The position numbers and the translations under genes are program-made. Below are positions 40,399 to 52,078 of a DNA stretch of 64,000 nucleotides, one piece after another. The first letter of the stretch is position 1. Every line of letters begins with the position of its first letter. Below the pieces are notes generated by a model. The model made no database searches. It worked only from the letters and a program-made list of their open reading frames with translations, and was not told where the DNA came from. This DNA is from an uncultured Gemmatimonadaceae bacterium (lineage in GTDB: Bacteria; Gemmatimonadota; Gemmatimonadetes; Gemmatimonadales; Gemmatimonadaceae), in contig CAVUDW010000003.1 in the NCBI GenBank assembly GCA_963740355.1, positions 1,696,001 to 1,760,000 of the forward strand, read 5' to 3'.

Positions 40399-41394
40399 GT
40401 GTTGCGTAAGCGCGTGTTTTTGCTCGGCGCGACCGGTACCATCGGACGGGCGACGGCTCGTGCGCTGATCAGTCGCGGATTTGACGTGGTGTGCTTCATT
40501 CGACCAGAGAGCACGGGCCGCGGCGCCGCCAGCGCCGATGCGCGCGTCACCACACTGGCAGGTGCCACGATCCGATACGGCGATGTCGGCGATGCGTCCT
40601 CGCTCGCACGCGACGGATTTCACGGCGAACGATTCGACGCGCTGGTCTCGTGCCTCGCCTCGCGCACCGGCACACCGAAGGATGCGTGGGCGATCGACAA
40701 CCAGGCCCACGTACACGCACTCACCGCGGCCAAGGCGGCCGGCGTGACGCAGGTAGTGCTGCTCTCCGCCATCTGCGTGCAGAAGCCGCTGCTCGCATTC
40801 CAGCATGCAAAGCTCGGCTTCGAGAAGGTCCTGATGGAATCGGGGCTCACCTACTCGATCGTGCGCGCAACGGCCTTCTTCAAGTCGCTTGTCCGGACAG
40901 ATCGAGCGCGTGAAGAACGGCAAGCCATTCCTCGTCTTCGGCAACGGCACCCTCACCGCCTGCAAGCCGATCAGCGACGACGACCTCGGCGCCTACCTGG
41001 CCGACTGCCTCGACGACACCACGCGCCACAATCGTGTGCTGCCGATTGGCGGTCCCGGGCCTGCCATCACGCCGCGTGAACAGGGCGAACGCTTGTTCTC
41101 GCTGCTCGGCCAGTCACCGAAGTTCAAGCAGGTACCGGTGGCGTTGCTCGATGTGATCATCGCCGTGCTCGGCACCCTCGGCCATGTCGATTCCGGCGCT
41201 GGCCGAGAAGGCGGAGTTGGCGCGCATCGGCCGCTACTACGCCACCGAGTCGATGCTGGTGCTCGAACCCGGCGAGCGGACGATACGACGCGGATGCGAC
41301 ACCGGAGACGGGCACCGAGACACTGTTCGACTACTACGCGACGCTGATTCGCGGCGGAACCGGGCCGGAACGCGGCGATCACGCGGTGTTCTGA
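40399..41394 (+). CDS. bciA: Divinyl (proto)chlorophyllide 8-vinyl reductase BciA-like (three frameshifts near 40890, 41185, 41270)
   Basis: GATGTIG, SCLASRTG, LLSAICVQKPLLAFQHAKL, AFFKSL|SGQ, CKPIS, LPIGGPG, AELARIGRYYATESML, ending GDHAVF across frames. Confidence 0.8.
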
Positions 41395-41453
41395 GCAGCG
41401 ATTCTCAGCAGCTACGCTCGCGTCATGCCACAAGGTCGCTGTAGGTTCTCGGT

Positions 41454-43187
41454 ATGACACATCGCATCGTCCGATCCGCGCTGCTCGCTGCAATCGCTGC
41501 AACCATTGGCTGTCGCCCGACCAACGGTGCGGCGCCGGAAACAACGCAGGCCATCCCTGCGATCGATCAAGCGCTGATCGACGTCACGGTGCCAAAGCTG
41601 CATCGATTGTACGCCGACAAGCGCTACACCGTGACGCAGGTGATCCAGTGGCATCTGGCCCGTATCGATCGCTACAACGCGGTCTACGGTGCGATCGAAA
41701 CGGTTTTGCGCGATCAGGCACTGGCCGAAGCGGCCAGGCTGGATGCGGCGGGCGGTGAAACGCACGGCCCACTCTGGGGCGTGCCGATCGTGATCAAGGC
41801 CAACACCAGCGTGAAAGGTCAGGTGACGACCGCAGGATGGGACGGCTTCACGCGACCAGGACACGAACTTGTTGCACCTGACGATGCCACGGTTGTGGCT
41901 CGGCTCAAGGCGGCCGGCGCCATCATCGTCGGCATCGCCAACATGCCCGACCTCGCCAACAGCGACACGAACCGCAGCACGTCCTTCGGACGCACCGGCA
42001 ATGCCTACGACGTGCGCTTCTCGCCCGGTGGATCATCCGGTGGCGTCGTCACCGCCATCGCCACCAACATGGCGGTACTTGGCAATGGCACGGACACGGG
42101 TAATTCGATCCGCATGCCAGCCGCCACCAGCGCCCTGGTGGGTGTGTATCCGACGCGCGGTCTGGTGTCGATTGCAGGTATCGCCCCCCTCGACTGGTTG
42201 CTCGACAACACCGGCCCGATCGCCCGTACCGCCGGCGACGCGGCAATCGCCCTCGCGGTGATGGCCGGTGCCGACTCGCTCGATGCAGTCACGCTGCAGG
42301 CGCCAAGCGCCGCACGAGTTGCGTCGTACGACTCGCTGCTCCCGCGCGGCACGCTGAAGGGCAAGCGATTCGGTGTTCCTGCGTTCGTACTGGCGGGTGA
42401 CGGCGTGCCGTTTCACGGCATCCCGTCCACGGCGGCTGCGGCTGCATCCGAAAAGGTGCGCACCGGTGCGAACCTGCCGTTGCGTCCTGAGACACGAGAG
42501 ATGTTCCTGAAGGCCGTTGCGGCGCTGCGTGCGGCAGGCGCAGAGGTGGTGATGACCGACGACATCCTGCCCCAGAGCTTCGCGCGTCTCGCCAGTCACG
42601 TGTCCACCTACGCGTACATGCGCGATGGCACCGACAAGTTCCTCGCGCGCTTTGGCCCCGCCGGCTATCACAGCGCAGCCGAGTACCAGAAGGCGGTTGG
42701 TGCACCGCTCTACACCTCGTCGATTGGCACGGAGGACGGCTTCACAAACATCGGTGGCGTGCACCTCGAGCAACGTGCGCTCGCGAGCGACCCCGAGGCC
42801 GAGCGGCTGTACCATGCCCCGCGCCGCGCCGTGCTGGCCGAGTATGTGGCGACACTCGAGCGGTTGAAGCTGGATGGCTTCGTCTATCCCGCGATCCAGA
42901 TGCCGCCCCCCGACGAAACGATGCCGCAGGATGGCGCGCTCAGTGGCGGACCGCACTCGAACACCAGTTGGGTGAACATGATCGGCGTTCCCGCGATCGT
43001 CGTGCCCGCAGGCTTCTATGCCAGCGGCTTGCCGTTTGGGCTGGAATTCGCAGCGCGCCCCTGGGCCGATGGTGAGTTGCTGGCGGTTGCCAACGCGTGG
43101 GAGCGTATTGGCAGCTGGCGCAAGCCGCCGGTGCTGGTGCCGACAGGATTGCTCACGGTCACACCGGCACGCGCGGCGCGTCACTAA
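41454..43187 (+). CDS. Amidase-signature family protein, exported
   Basis: GVPIVIK, PGGSSGG, GTDTGNSIRMPA. Confidence 0.92.
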   Translation: MTHRIVRSALLAAIAATIGCRPTNGAAPETTQAIPAIDQALIDVTVPKLHRLYADKRYTVTQVIQWHLARIDRYNAVYGAIETVLRDQALAEAARLDAAGGETHGPLWGVPIVIKANTSVKGQVTTAGWDGFTRPGHELVAPDDATVVARLKAAGAIIVGIANMPDLANSDTNRSTSFGRTGNAYDVRFSPGGSSGGVVTAIATNMAVLGNGTDTGNSIRMPAATSALVGVYPTRGLVSIAGIAPLDWLLDNTGPIARTAGDAAIALAVMAGADSLDAVTLQAPSAARVASYDSLLPRGTLKGKRFGVPAFVLAGDGVPFHGIPSTAAAAASEKVRTGANLPLRPETREMFLKAVAALRAAGAEVVMTDDILPQSFARLASHVSTYAYMRDGTDKFLARFGPAGYHSAAEYQKAVGAPLYTSSIGTEDGFTNIGGVHLEQRALASDPEAERLYHAPRRAVLAEYVATLERLKLDGFVYPAIQMPPPDETMPQDGALSGGPHSNTSWVNMIGVPAIVVPAGFYASGLPFGLEFAARPWADGELLAVANAWERIGSWRKPPVLVPTGLLTVTPARAARH

Positions 43188-43194
43188 CCGCGGC

Positions 43195-43764
43195 CTACAC
43201 CTCGCCCAGCGCCTCCACGAACAACGGGGTGAGTTCCAACACCAACGGTCTGCTCGCCCCGACCGGCATCCACGTGATCGCTTCCGTCAGAATCTCCGGT
43301 CGTTGCGACTCCGGCATCCATCGCTCAACTAGCCGCGCCTCGAGATCGACGATCCAGTACTCGACGCCGTACTGCTGATACCGCGTGCGCTTCACGCCCT
43401 TGTCGTTCCGTGCCGTGCTCGGTGAGAGGACCTCGACGAACAGCAGCGGGAAGCCGATCTCTGTATCTACGCGGGGCGGACGTCCATCAACGAGTGGCAG
43501 GACAAAGATGTCCGGCTGGACGAGCGTGAAGGCATCCAGCTCCAGGTCGCTCGGTGCCATGATCACAACGCCGACAGGTTCCACTCGAACGTACGCATCC
43601 AGCGCGCGCCAGAGCGCACCAATCATCAGCTGGTGCGGCAGTTTCGGACTCGGGCTCACCAGCAGCTCGCCGTCCACGCATTCGAAACGCTTCCCCCGCT
43701 CTTCTGGGAGCGCGCGCACTTCGTCCGCCGTCCAGCGGCGCTGGGAGACTGCAGGCATGGCCAT
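43195..43764 (-). CDS. Uma2/DUF820 family endonuclease
   Basis: ECVDGEL, VQPDIFV, VEVLSPST..D...K...Y, EYWIVD. Confidence 0.92.
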   Translation of the reverse strand: MAMPAVSQRRWTADEVRALPEERGKRFECVDGELLVSPSPKLPHQLMIGALWRALDAYVRVEPVGVVIMAPSDLELDAFTLVQPDIFVLPLVDGRPPRVDTEIGFPLLFVEVLSPSTARNDKGVKRTRYQQYGVEYWIVDLEARLVERWMPESQRPEILTEAITWMPVGASRPLVLELTPLFVEALGEV

Positions 43765-43893
43765 AGTGTGTTCTGGAGATGGTGACTCTGGCAAGGGCGC
43801 ATGCCGCATCATGCAGCCCAGGCTCCCCCAGACCGTCACCAAAATCACGCACCATGATCCCGCGAGCTCAGCCGATGCGATAAAATTCCCGCC

Positions 43894-45279
43894 ATGACCA
43901 GCACGAGCGACATCGTCATCTGCGGCGCCGGGATCGCCGGCATCGCCACCGCCCATGCGCTCGCAATGCGCGGCATCACCAACGTCACGCTGATCGATGA
44001 GCGCTCACCGCTCACGCTCACCAGCGACAAGTCCACTGAAGCCTACCGCAACTGGTGGCCGGGTCCTGACGACGCGATGGTGCGTTTCATGAACCGCAGC
44101 ATCGACCTGCTCGAGCAGTGGGCCGACGCCAGCAGTGATCGTTTCCTGCTCAATCGTCGCGGCTACGTCTACGCGACCGCCAATCCCGCCACCGTCGAGC
44201 GGTTCGTGGCCGAAGCGCGCATCGCCGAGCAACAGGGTGCGGGCGACGTGCGCATCTATCGCAACGCCGAGGAAGCACAGGCATACCAGCCAAGTGCGCA
44301 TGTCGGCTTTCGCGAACACCCCACGGGCGCCGACGTCTTCCTCGATGCGCAGGCGATTCGCACGCACTTCCCGTGGCTCGCCGCAGACATCGTTGCCGTC
44401 GTGCATGCGCGTCGGTGCGGCTGGATGAGCGGCCAGCAGTTGGGCATGTACCTGTTCGATGAAGCGCGGGCGGCCGGTGTCACCTTCCTGTCGGGCCGCG
44501 TCGCAGGCGTGGAGACCGCGGGAGGTCGCATCCGCAGTGTTTCCGTCGCATGTAGTGATGGCACTCAGCAGCAGATCTCGACGCCAGTCTTCATCAACTG
44601 CGCCGGCCCATTCGCGAAGGAAGTGTCGCGACTCATTGATATCGAGTTGCCACTTTTTTCGGAGATGCACCTCAAGGTCGCGTTCGAGGACACGTTGGGC
44701 GTCGTCGACCGCAATACTGGCCTCGTGATCCTTGACGATGCGCAGACGCTCGCCTGGTCCGATGACGAACGCGCTGAACTGGCCTCGAGCGATGAAACAC
44801 GCTGGCTCACCGAGCCCATGCCCGCCGGGATCCACCTTCGCCCCGAAGGGTATCGGCAGAATCAGACGGTGCTGATGCTCTGGGACTATCACAGCACGCA
44901 CCGCTACGATGCCGCCGAACTGCCACTGCCGGACGATCCGTTCTATCCCGAGGTCGTGATGCGCGGCATGGTGCGCCTCGCACCGGCGCTCGAGCAATAT
45001 CTGGATCGACTGCCGCCGGTGTACGTCGATGGCGGCTATTACACGAAGACGGCGGAGAACCGGCCGCTGATCGGGCCACTGGCCGTCGAAGGCGCGTATA
45101 TCAACGCCGCCCTATCCGGATACGGCCTGATGGCTGCCCCGTCCGCCGGTGAACTGATCGCGGCCCACATCACAGGCGGCACGCTGCCCTCGTATGCTGC
45201 GTCGTTCCGCCTCGACCGCTACGAGGATCCAGGCTATCAGGCCCTCCTCGCCAACTGGGGCTCGACAGGGCAGTTGTAG
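43894..45279 (+). CDS. FAD-dependent oxidoreductase (DAO/sarcosine oxidase-like)
   Basis: GAGIAG, INCAGP, NRPLIGP, SGYGLMAAP. Confidence 0.9.
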   Translation: MTSTSDIVICGAGIAGIATAHALAMRGITNVTLIDERSPLTLTSDKSTEAYRNWWPGPDDAMVRFMNRSIDLLEQWADASSDRFLLNRRGYVYATANPATVERFVAEARIAEQQGAGDVRIYRNAEEAQAYQPSAHVGFREHPTGADVFLDAQAIRTHFPWLAADIVAVVHARRCGWMSGQQLGMYLFDEARAAGVTFLSGRVAGVETAGGRIRSVSVACSDGTQQQISTPVFINCAGPFAKEVSRLIDIELPLFSEMHLKVAFEDTLGVVDRNTGLVILDDAQTLAWSDDERAELASSDETRWLTEPMPAGIHLRPEGYRQNQTVLMLWDYHSTHRYDAAELPLPDDPFYPEVVMRGMVRLAPALEQYLDRLPPVYVDGGYYTKTAENRPLIGPLAVEGAYINAALSGYGLMAAPSAGELIAAHITGGTLPSYAASFRLDRYEDPGYQALLANWGSTGQL

Positions 45280-45345
45280 GACGAGCAAAGCCGCGCCCTG
45301 GCGCGTAAACTGAGGAATACCTGCATTCCTTCAGCGCTGACTGCC

Positions 45346-48300
45346 ATGTCCCTGTTCCGCCTTCTTGCTCGCGCCGCCGTTCTCGGCGCCACGCTGGCCT
45401 CATCACTCGCGGTGCCAGTCGCGGCGCAGAACGCCGGAGGCATCGACCCTCGTGCCGCGCAGAGCCTGCGATTCCGCAACATCGGTCCCTTCCGCGGCGG
45501 TCGCGTCACGACGGTGACCGGCGTGCCACAACGGAAGCGCGAGTTCTGGATGGGCGCGACCGGTGGCGGTGTCTGGAAAACCACCGACGCGGGCAGTAGC
45601 TGGATCAACATGTCGGATGGTTTCTTCTCCACCGGCTCGATCGGTGCCATTCGTGTCGCGCCGTCCAATCCGGACGTCGTTTGGGTCGGCACCGGTTCCG
45701 ATGGTATCCGCTCGAATGTGATCGTCGGACGCGGCGTCTATCGCTCCGATGATGCCGGCAAGAACTGGAAATTCCTCGGCCTTCGCGACGTCGGACAGAT
45801 CGGCGCCATCGTCGTCAATCCGACCAATCCCGACATCGCGTTCGTCGCGGCGCAGGGGTTGCCCTTCAGCAATTCGAAGGAGCGTGGGGTCTACCGCACG
45901 ACGAATGGCGGCCAGTCGTGGGAGAAGGTGTTGTTCGTCAACGACTCCACCGGCATCACCGACCTCAGTGCGAAGCCGGACGATCCGAACACGCTCTATG
46001 CCGCGGCCTGGCGTGGAGTGCGTCGTCCGTGGGCCATCATCTCCGGCAGCAAGGATGACGGCGGCATCTATCGCTCCACCGATGGCGGCACCACCTGGAC
46101 CAAGCTCGGTGGCGGCCTGCCGACAGGAATCATCGGCAAGTCGAACATCGCCGTCTCGCCTGCGTCGCCCCGTCGAGTGTATGTGTTGATGGAAGCCGAG
46201 AAGCCGAAGGCCGGTGTGTACCGCTCGGACGATGCGGGTGACACATGGACGCAGGTGTCCACCATGAACGCGCTGCTGCTGCGCCCGTTCTACTACACCA
46301 ACATCGACGCCGACCCCACCAACGCCGACAACGTCTGGGTCCAGAACGAAACGATGTGGAAGAGCACCGATGGCGCGAAGACGTTCGCCGCCGTCGAGAC
46401 ACCGCACGGCGACAATCACGATATCTGGATCAACCCCACGGATCCCGACATCATGGTGCAGTCCAACGATGGCGGCGCCAACGTCTCCCTCGACGGCGGC
46501 AAGACCTGGAGCACGCAGTACAACCAGAGCACCTCGGAGATCTACCAGGTCTTCCTCGACAATCACTACCCGTACCGGGTGTACGGCGCACAGCAGGACA
46601 ACACCACCGTCATCGTGCCATCGTTGCCGCTCTTCAGCACGCGCCCCGATCAGCCGGCGCAGTACTGGATGACTGGCCCCGGCTGTGAGACGGGTCCGAT
46701 CGTGCCCAGCCCGTGGAACAAGGATGTCGTGTACGGCTCGTGTAAGGGGCAGTTCTCGCGACTGCACCTCGTCACGGGCCAGGAGCAGAACTCGTGGGTC
46801 GGCGCGCAGTCGCTCTACGGCAACGATCCGAAGGACCTGATCTATCGCTTCCAGCGCGTCTCGCCGATGGATGTGTCGCCCAACGTGCGCGGCACGGTCT
46901 ACTACGGTTCACAGTTCCTGCACCGGTCGCGTGATGACGGTGTCACGTGGGAGCGCATCTCCCCCGACCTCACCGCCAACACGCCAGAAACACAGGGCGT
47001 CAGCGGTGGCCCGATCACACGCGATGTCACCGGCGAGGAGTTCTACTCCACGCTCTACGCCATCAAGGAATCGCCGATCGAACCCGGCGTGATCTGGACT
47101 GGCTCCAACGACGGCCCGGTGTTCGTCACGCGCAACAACGGCACGTCGTGGACGAAGGTCACGCCGCCCGATCTCCCGCCCGGCGGCCGCGTGCAGAACA
47201 TCGATGTCTCGCGTCACCGCAAGGGCACCGCGTACATCGCCGTGCTACCGCTACCTGCTCGGCGATTTCAAGCCGTACGCCTATCGCACCACCGACTACG
47301 GCAAGACCTGGACGCGCCTCACGACCGGCACCAACGGCGTGCCCGACGACACGCCGACACGTGTCTTGCGCGAAGATCCCGACCGTCAGGGCCTGCTCTA
47401 CCTCGGCACCGAGTTCGGCTTCTACCTCAGCGCCAACGATGGCGCGTCGTGGATGCAGATGCAGCGCAACCTGCCCGTCGTCCCGATCACCGACATCCAG
47501 GTGCAGCGTCGCGACCTCGTGATGTCGACGATGGGTCGCGGCTTCTGGATTCTCGACGACCTGACACCACTGGTGCAGTATGCGGACGCCAATGCAGGCA
47601 AGCGCGCCGTGTTGCACGCACCGCGCCCGGCGATCCGCTGGCGTTACCAGGGTTCACCCGCGTCGCCGACGACACCTGAATACCCATCGGCAGGCGCGAC
47701 CATCGACTACTGGCTCGGCAGCAAGCCGAACGCCGCGCCAGTGCTGGAGATTCGCTCCGCGACCGGTGCCTTGGTGCGCACCTTCACCACGGCCGGCGCC
47801 GCACCGCGCACGACATCGGAACAGGGCATGCGCGCCCCACGTCGTGGGTCGACCGCTGGCACCGCGATTGGTGATGCCGTCGGCGAGAACCGCTTCACCT
47901 GGAACCTGATGCATGCCACGACGCCTGGCGGCCCCGGACCGATGGTCGCACCGGGCCGGTACACGGTGCGACTGATCGTGGACGGCGACACCGTCACGCA
48001 GCCGCTGGTGGTGCAGGCGGATCCACGAGTGCGTGTGGATGGCATCACGGATGAGGTGCTGGTGCTGCAGGAGCGCCACGAATTGGCGGTACGCGCGGCG
48101 ATCGAGGAAGCGCGCAAGGTGCTGGTTCGGGCGCGCGACGTTCGCACCCAGATGCAGTCGCGTGGCGCGCCGATGCTGCGCGAGTCGGAAGACATCGTTC
48201 GTGCGCTGGAAACCGCCGAAGGCCGTTACCAGCGTCCGATGCTCGTCGCGCAGCTCGAATATCTCTACAACATGACGCTGGGTGCGGATCAACGTGTGCC

Positions 48301-48403
48301 GCGTGACGCGTCCGCACGCCTGGTGACACTGAAGGCCGAACTGGCCGCCATCACACGCCGCCTCGAGGCCCTCAACCGCATGACGACAGCGCTCATTCCC
48401 TGA
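45346..48403 (+). CDS. BNR/Asp-box (Vps10-like) glycosyl hydrolase (frameshift near 47245)
   Basis: Signal peptide, many S/T-x-D-x-G-x-x-W boxes; ORF 45346..47679 continues in ORF 47204..48403 (YRYLLGDF). Confidence 0.87.
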
Positions 48404-48421
48404 TGACGTAGCCAACACGAG

Positions 48422-48469
48422 AAACGCCGGGGCTCACATGTTCAGTGTGAGCCCCGGCGTTTTCTTTTC
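48422..48469. terminator. Intrinsic terminator between convergent genes
   Basis: AAACGCCGGGGCTCACA...TGTGAGCCCCGGCGTTT followed by T run. Confidence 0.88.
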
Positions 48470-48478
48470 CACCAATCG

Positions 48479-49636
48479 TTACTGATACTGGATATAGAGC
48501 GGCTTGGGCCAGAGACGCAACACTTCACCCGGCACCATCATCTTCGAGCGACCGCGCACATCGTTCTTGTAGAACAGCTTGAAGCCCGTGAACTGGACCG
48601 GCTCCGACTGGATGTACGAGCGGTAGCTGGAGATCTTCACCGGCGGAATGCCCCACCCGTCCATGTGCATCACCACCTGCACATTCGGGTCGAAGCGAAT
48701 GTTGCGGTAGTTGGTCACCATCGGCCGCGTGTAGCGATGCACGACGAGGATCTTTGGCGCCAGGTTCTTGCGCTTCACAAGGTCGGCCAGCTGATCCTGT
48801 ACCCAGTTGATGTCGCGCGCATCGTACGTCCCGACGCGACGGCCGGGGTTGGAGCCATCCTTCATCGAAAATTCGGGATCGATGCCGAGGTGGACGTTCG
48901 GGCGCTCCAGCCACTTCATGAGCGGCGGCAGTTCCTGCTGTATGGTGCTCTTCGCGACCTGGATGTCGAGGAAGACGATGGCGTTACGCGTGTCGGCCCA
49001 GCGGATGACCTTTGCGATCAGCGAGTCACCCATCCGCGCGCGCCACTTGTTGTCGGAGCCGGCGGATCCCTGCGCCACGGTCGCGATCAGGTGCAATGCT
49101 GGCAACACCGGCGTGGACGGATCGGCAGCGCGCCACGCTGCAACCTCGCGGTCGAGACGCTGCAGCATCTCTTCCGGCTGGTATTCGCCCAGCACACCCA
49201 TCCGGCGCGACAGCGGATTGCCATAGAACGCGATGATCCGATGCCCCGGCAGCAGTGCGCCCGCATTGTAGGCTGGCGTGCGCACCGGCCAGCGCGAGTC
49301 TCCGATCGAGTCGCGATCGAGCGATGCGATGGCCGCGCTGTCTGACGGGATGCGTCCGCGCATCACTGGCGGACGTGCCGGCTTGCGCTTCGGTGTCGTG
49401 TCCTGACTCGCCTGCGCCGACGGCGCCGACTGGGCCGCTGTGGTACGCTTCTTCGTCCGCGTCGGCTGCTGCGCGATGACGAGCGCTGGCGGGAGAAGGA
49501 GGCCAATCACCAACGCGCATCGGCGCACGTCGGCAGTCTTGATCGGGGGCAGGCGCAAGGTCACAGTCAGCGAAGGTGGGGTGGAATCACCCAGCAAGGG
49601 TAAACCCCTTCGCTCCCCCGCTCCAGCCATCATCAC
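48479..49636 (-). CDS. Exported hypothetical protein (start uncertain, possibly near 49528)
   Basis: IAFYGNP...MGVLGE, FLDIQV, HLGIDPEF, LVVHRY, MDGWG, GFKLFYKND. Confidence 0.75.
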   Translation of the reverse strand: MMMAGAGERRGLPLLGDSTPPSLTVTLRLPPIKTADVRRCALVIGLLLPPALVIAQQPTRTKKRTTAAQSAPSAQASQDTTPKRKPARPPVMRGRIPSDSAAIASLDRDSIGDSRWPVRTPAYNAGALLPGHRIIAFYGNPLSRRMGVLGEYQPEEMLQRLDREVAAWRAADPSTPVLPALHLIATVAQGSAGSDNKWRARMGDSLIAKVIRWADTRNAIVFLDIQVAKSTIQQELPPLMKWLERPNVHLGIDPEFSMKDGSNPGRRVGTYDARDINWVQDQLADLVKRKNLAPKILVVHRYTRPMVTNYRNIRFDPNVQVVMHMDGWGIPPVKISSYRSYIQSEPVQFTGFKLFYKNDVRGRSKMMVPGEVLRLWPKPLYIQYQ

Positions 49637-49657
49637 ACCGGCTGGCGGAAACCGACG

Positions 49658-50059
49658 CTAGACCAGCCCCGCCGCCTCAGGTCCGCGCGCCGGCGGACCT
49701 GCCAACACCATCTCGATCGACTCTTCGTCGGTAAAGAGTCGAGAACGCGTGAGAAACCGCACTCCTTCCGGCGCCTCCAGCGAAAACCCTGCACCACGCC
49801 CCGGCACCACGTCGATGGTGAGCCGGGTGTGCTGCCAATACTCGAACTGCGCCGCACCGATGTACACCGGCGTGTCGCCATGAATGATCCCCAGCAACAC
49901 ATCGCGCGCGCCGATCTTGAACTCGCCCCGCTGATAACACATCGGCGCGCTCCCATCACAACACCCACCCGACTGGTGAAACAGCACCGGCCCGTGCTGC
50001 GCCACCAGCCTGTCGATCATCGCCGCCGCTTCCGGCGTGTTGTCCACTCGTTCCGCCAT
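49658..50059 (-). CDS. DUF779 protein
   Basis: LFHQSGGCCDGSAPMC, VVPGRG.GFSLEAPEG.RFL; downstream of aldB. Confidence 0.93.
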   Translation of the reverse strand: MAERVDNTPEAAAMIDRLVAQHGPVLFHQSGGCCDGSAPMCYQRGEFKIGARDVLLGIIHGDTPVYIGAAQFEYWQHTRLTIDVVPGRGAGFSLEAPEGVRFLTRSRLFTDEESIEMVLAGPPARGPEAAGLV

Positions 50060-50112
50060 GTGTCGCTACCTGCTCAGGGTCTGCTTGCAAGGTTCAGATC
50101 ATCGGATAGCAA

Positions 50113-50247
50113 ACAGCGAATCGCAGAGACGCAGAGAACTGCAACAACTGAACTGCCTTGACGCAGAACTGAGAACTGCGATAAGGCAGTTGCAGTCGCC
50201 GTTGCAGTTTCTGTTCTCTGCGCCCCTGCGCCTCCGCGATCCGCTGT
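50113..50247. repeat. Palindromic intergenic repeat of the same family as 33433-33986
   Basis: CGCAGAGACGCAGAGAACTGCAAC...GAACTGCCTTGACGCA...GTTCTCTGCG. Confidence 0.8.
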
Positions 50248-50260
50248 CACGCAATCGATC

Positions 50261-51814
50261 TCAGAAGAACCCGAGCGCGTTCGGGCTGTAGCTCACCAGC
50301 ATGTTCTTCGTCTGCTGGTAGTGATTCAGCATCTTGAGATGGTTTTCGCGACCGATGCCGCTCTGCTTGTAGCCGCCGAAGGCTGCGTGCGCCGGATAGG
50401 CGTGATAGCAGTTCGTCCAGACGCGACCGGCCTGGATGTGACGACCGAAGCGGTAGGCACGGTTGATGTCGCGCGTCCAGACACCAGCGCCCAGTCCGTA
50501 CAGCGTGTCGTTCGCGATGTGCAGCGCCTCGTCCTCGTTCTTGAACTTCGTCACCGACACCACCGGGCCGAAGATCTCTTCCTGGAAGACGCGCATGCTG
50601 TTGTTGCCTTCGAAGATCGTCGGCTTCACGTAATACCCCTGCGCCAGCTCGCCGTCCTGCATGAAGCGCTCACCGCCGATGCGGACCTTGGCGCCCTCGG
50701 CACGACCGATGTCGAAGTAGCTGAGGATCTTCTCCAACTGGTCGTTCGAAGCCTGCGCACCCACCTGCGTGCTCGGATCGAGCGGATGGCCCAGCTTGAA
50801 GGCAGCCACACGTGCCGTGGCCCGCTCCATGAACGCATCGTAGATCGACTCTTCGACCAGAGCGCGCGACGGGCAGGTGCAGACTTCGCCCTGGTTCAAC
50901 GCGAACATGCCGAACCCTTCCAGCGCCTTGTCGAAGAACGCATCGTCCTTGTCCATCACGTCGGCGAAGAAGATGTTCGGGCTCTTGCCTCCCAACTCCA
51001 GCGTCACCGGGATCAGGTTCTCCGACGCGTACTGCATGATCAGGCGGCCGGTGGTCGTCTCACCAGTAAAGGCGATCTTGGCGATGCGGTTGCTGCTCGC
51101 CAGTGGCTTGCCGGCCTCGATACCGAAGCCCTGCACGATGTTCACCACACCCGGCGGCAACAGGTCGGCCACCAGCTCCATGAACGCCATGATGCTCACC
51201 GGCGTCTGCTCGGCTGGCTTCATCACCACGCAGTTACCTGCGGCCAGCGCCGGCGCCAGCTTCCACGTCGCCATCAGCAGCGGGAAGTTCCACGGAATGA
51301 TCTGTCCAACGACGCCAAGTGGCTCGTTGAAGTGGTACGCCACCGTGTCGTTGTCGAGCTGCGACAGGCTGCCTTCCTGCGCACGAATGCACCCCGCGAA
51401 GTAGCGGAAGTGGTCGATCACCAGCGGCAGGTCGGCCGCCATCGTCTCGCGAATCGGCTTGCCGTTGTCGATCGTCTCGATCACGGCGATCGCCTCGAGA
51501 TTCGCTTCCACTCGATCCGCGATCTTGTTGAGGATGTTCGCCCGCTCGGCGGCCGATGTCTTTCCCCACGTCTTGAAGGCCGCATGCGCCGCGTCGAGTG
51601 CCTTCTCGACATCCTCCGCCGTACCACGTGCGACGTCACACAGGTGCTGCCCCGTGACCGGACTCGGATTCGAGAAATACTGCCCCTTCACCGGTGGCGA
51701 CATCGCGCCGTTGATCCAGTTCTCGTATCGCGACCGGATCGGAATCGTCATCCGCATCCGATTTGCTGCGCTGGGGACGGTGGCAATGCCGTCCTGCTCG
51801 AGCGTTGCTGACAT
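50261..51814 (-). CDS. aldB: Aldehyde dehydrogenase (AldB/ExaC type)
   Basis: [37 protein letters not shown]. Confidence 0.93.
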   Translation of the reverse strand: MSATLEQDGIATVPSAANRMRMTIPIRSRYENWINGAMSPPVKGQYFSNPSPVTGQHLCDVARGTAEDVEKALDAAHAAFKTWGKTSAAERANILNKIADRVEANLEAIAVIETIDNGKPIRETMAADLPLVIDHFRYFAGCIRAQEGSLSQLDNDTVAYHFNEPLGVVGQIIPWNFPLLMATWKLAPALAAGNCVVMKPAEQTPVSIMAFMELVADLLPPGVVNIVQGFGIEAGKPLASSNRIAKIAFTGETTTGRLIMQYASENLIPVTLELGGKSPNIFFADVMDKDDAFFDKALEGFGMFALNQGEVCTCPSRALVEESIYDAFMERATARVAAFKLGHPLDPSTQVGAQASNDQLEKILSYFDIGRAEGAKVRIGGERFMQDGELAQGYYVKPTIFEGNNSMRVFQEEIFGPVVSVTKFKNEDEALHIANDTLYGLGAGVWTRDINRAYRFGRHIQAGRVWTNCYHAYPAHAAFGGYKQSGIGRENHLKMLNHYQQTKNMLVSYSPNALGFF

Positions 51815-51866
51815 GCTCTGCTCCTGCTGCGTGACTGTCGCACCGCCACGTCCGCGGTGCTGGATT

Positions 51867-51957
51867 CTGCTCACCGGTGAGCAGCCGTACGCCGGTTACG
51901 CTACACGCGGGACCAGCGCCCGCTAGGAAGCACCGGGGACAGACAAATGTTCCTGTC
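51867..51957. promoter_or_regulatory. Palindromic sites upstream of aldB
   Basis: Perfect 18-bp palindrome CTGCTCACCGGTGAGCAG (51867-51884); GACAG-N10-CTGTC (51938-51957). Confidence 0.4.
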
Positions 51958-52078
51958 TCGTTGGCGACGGCGTTGACATGTCAGCGCATTCCGGCATACG
52001 GCGCGCAACACGATCACCTCCGAACAGTCTCAGCAAGCAGGAAATGGCAAGAACTTGCTATCTGTCGGCGGAATTCAG

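Noticed and set aside
52045..52058. Sigma-54 promoter TGGCAAGAACTTGC
   Set aside because: GG-GC spacing is 9 rather than 10 and it is on the wrong strand for aldB
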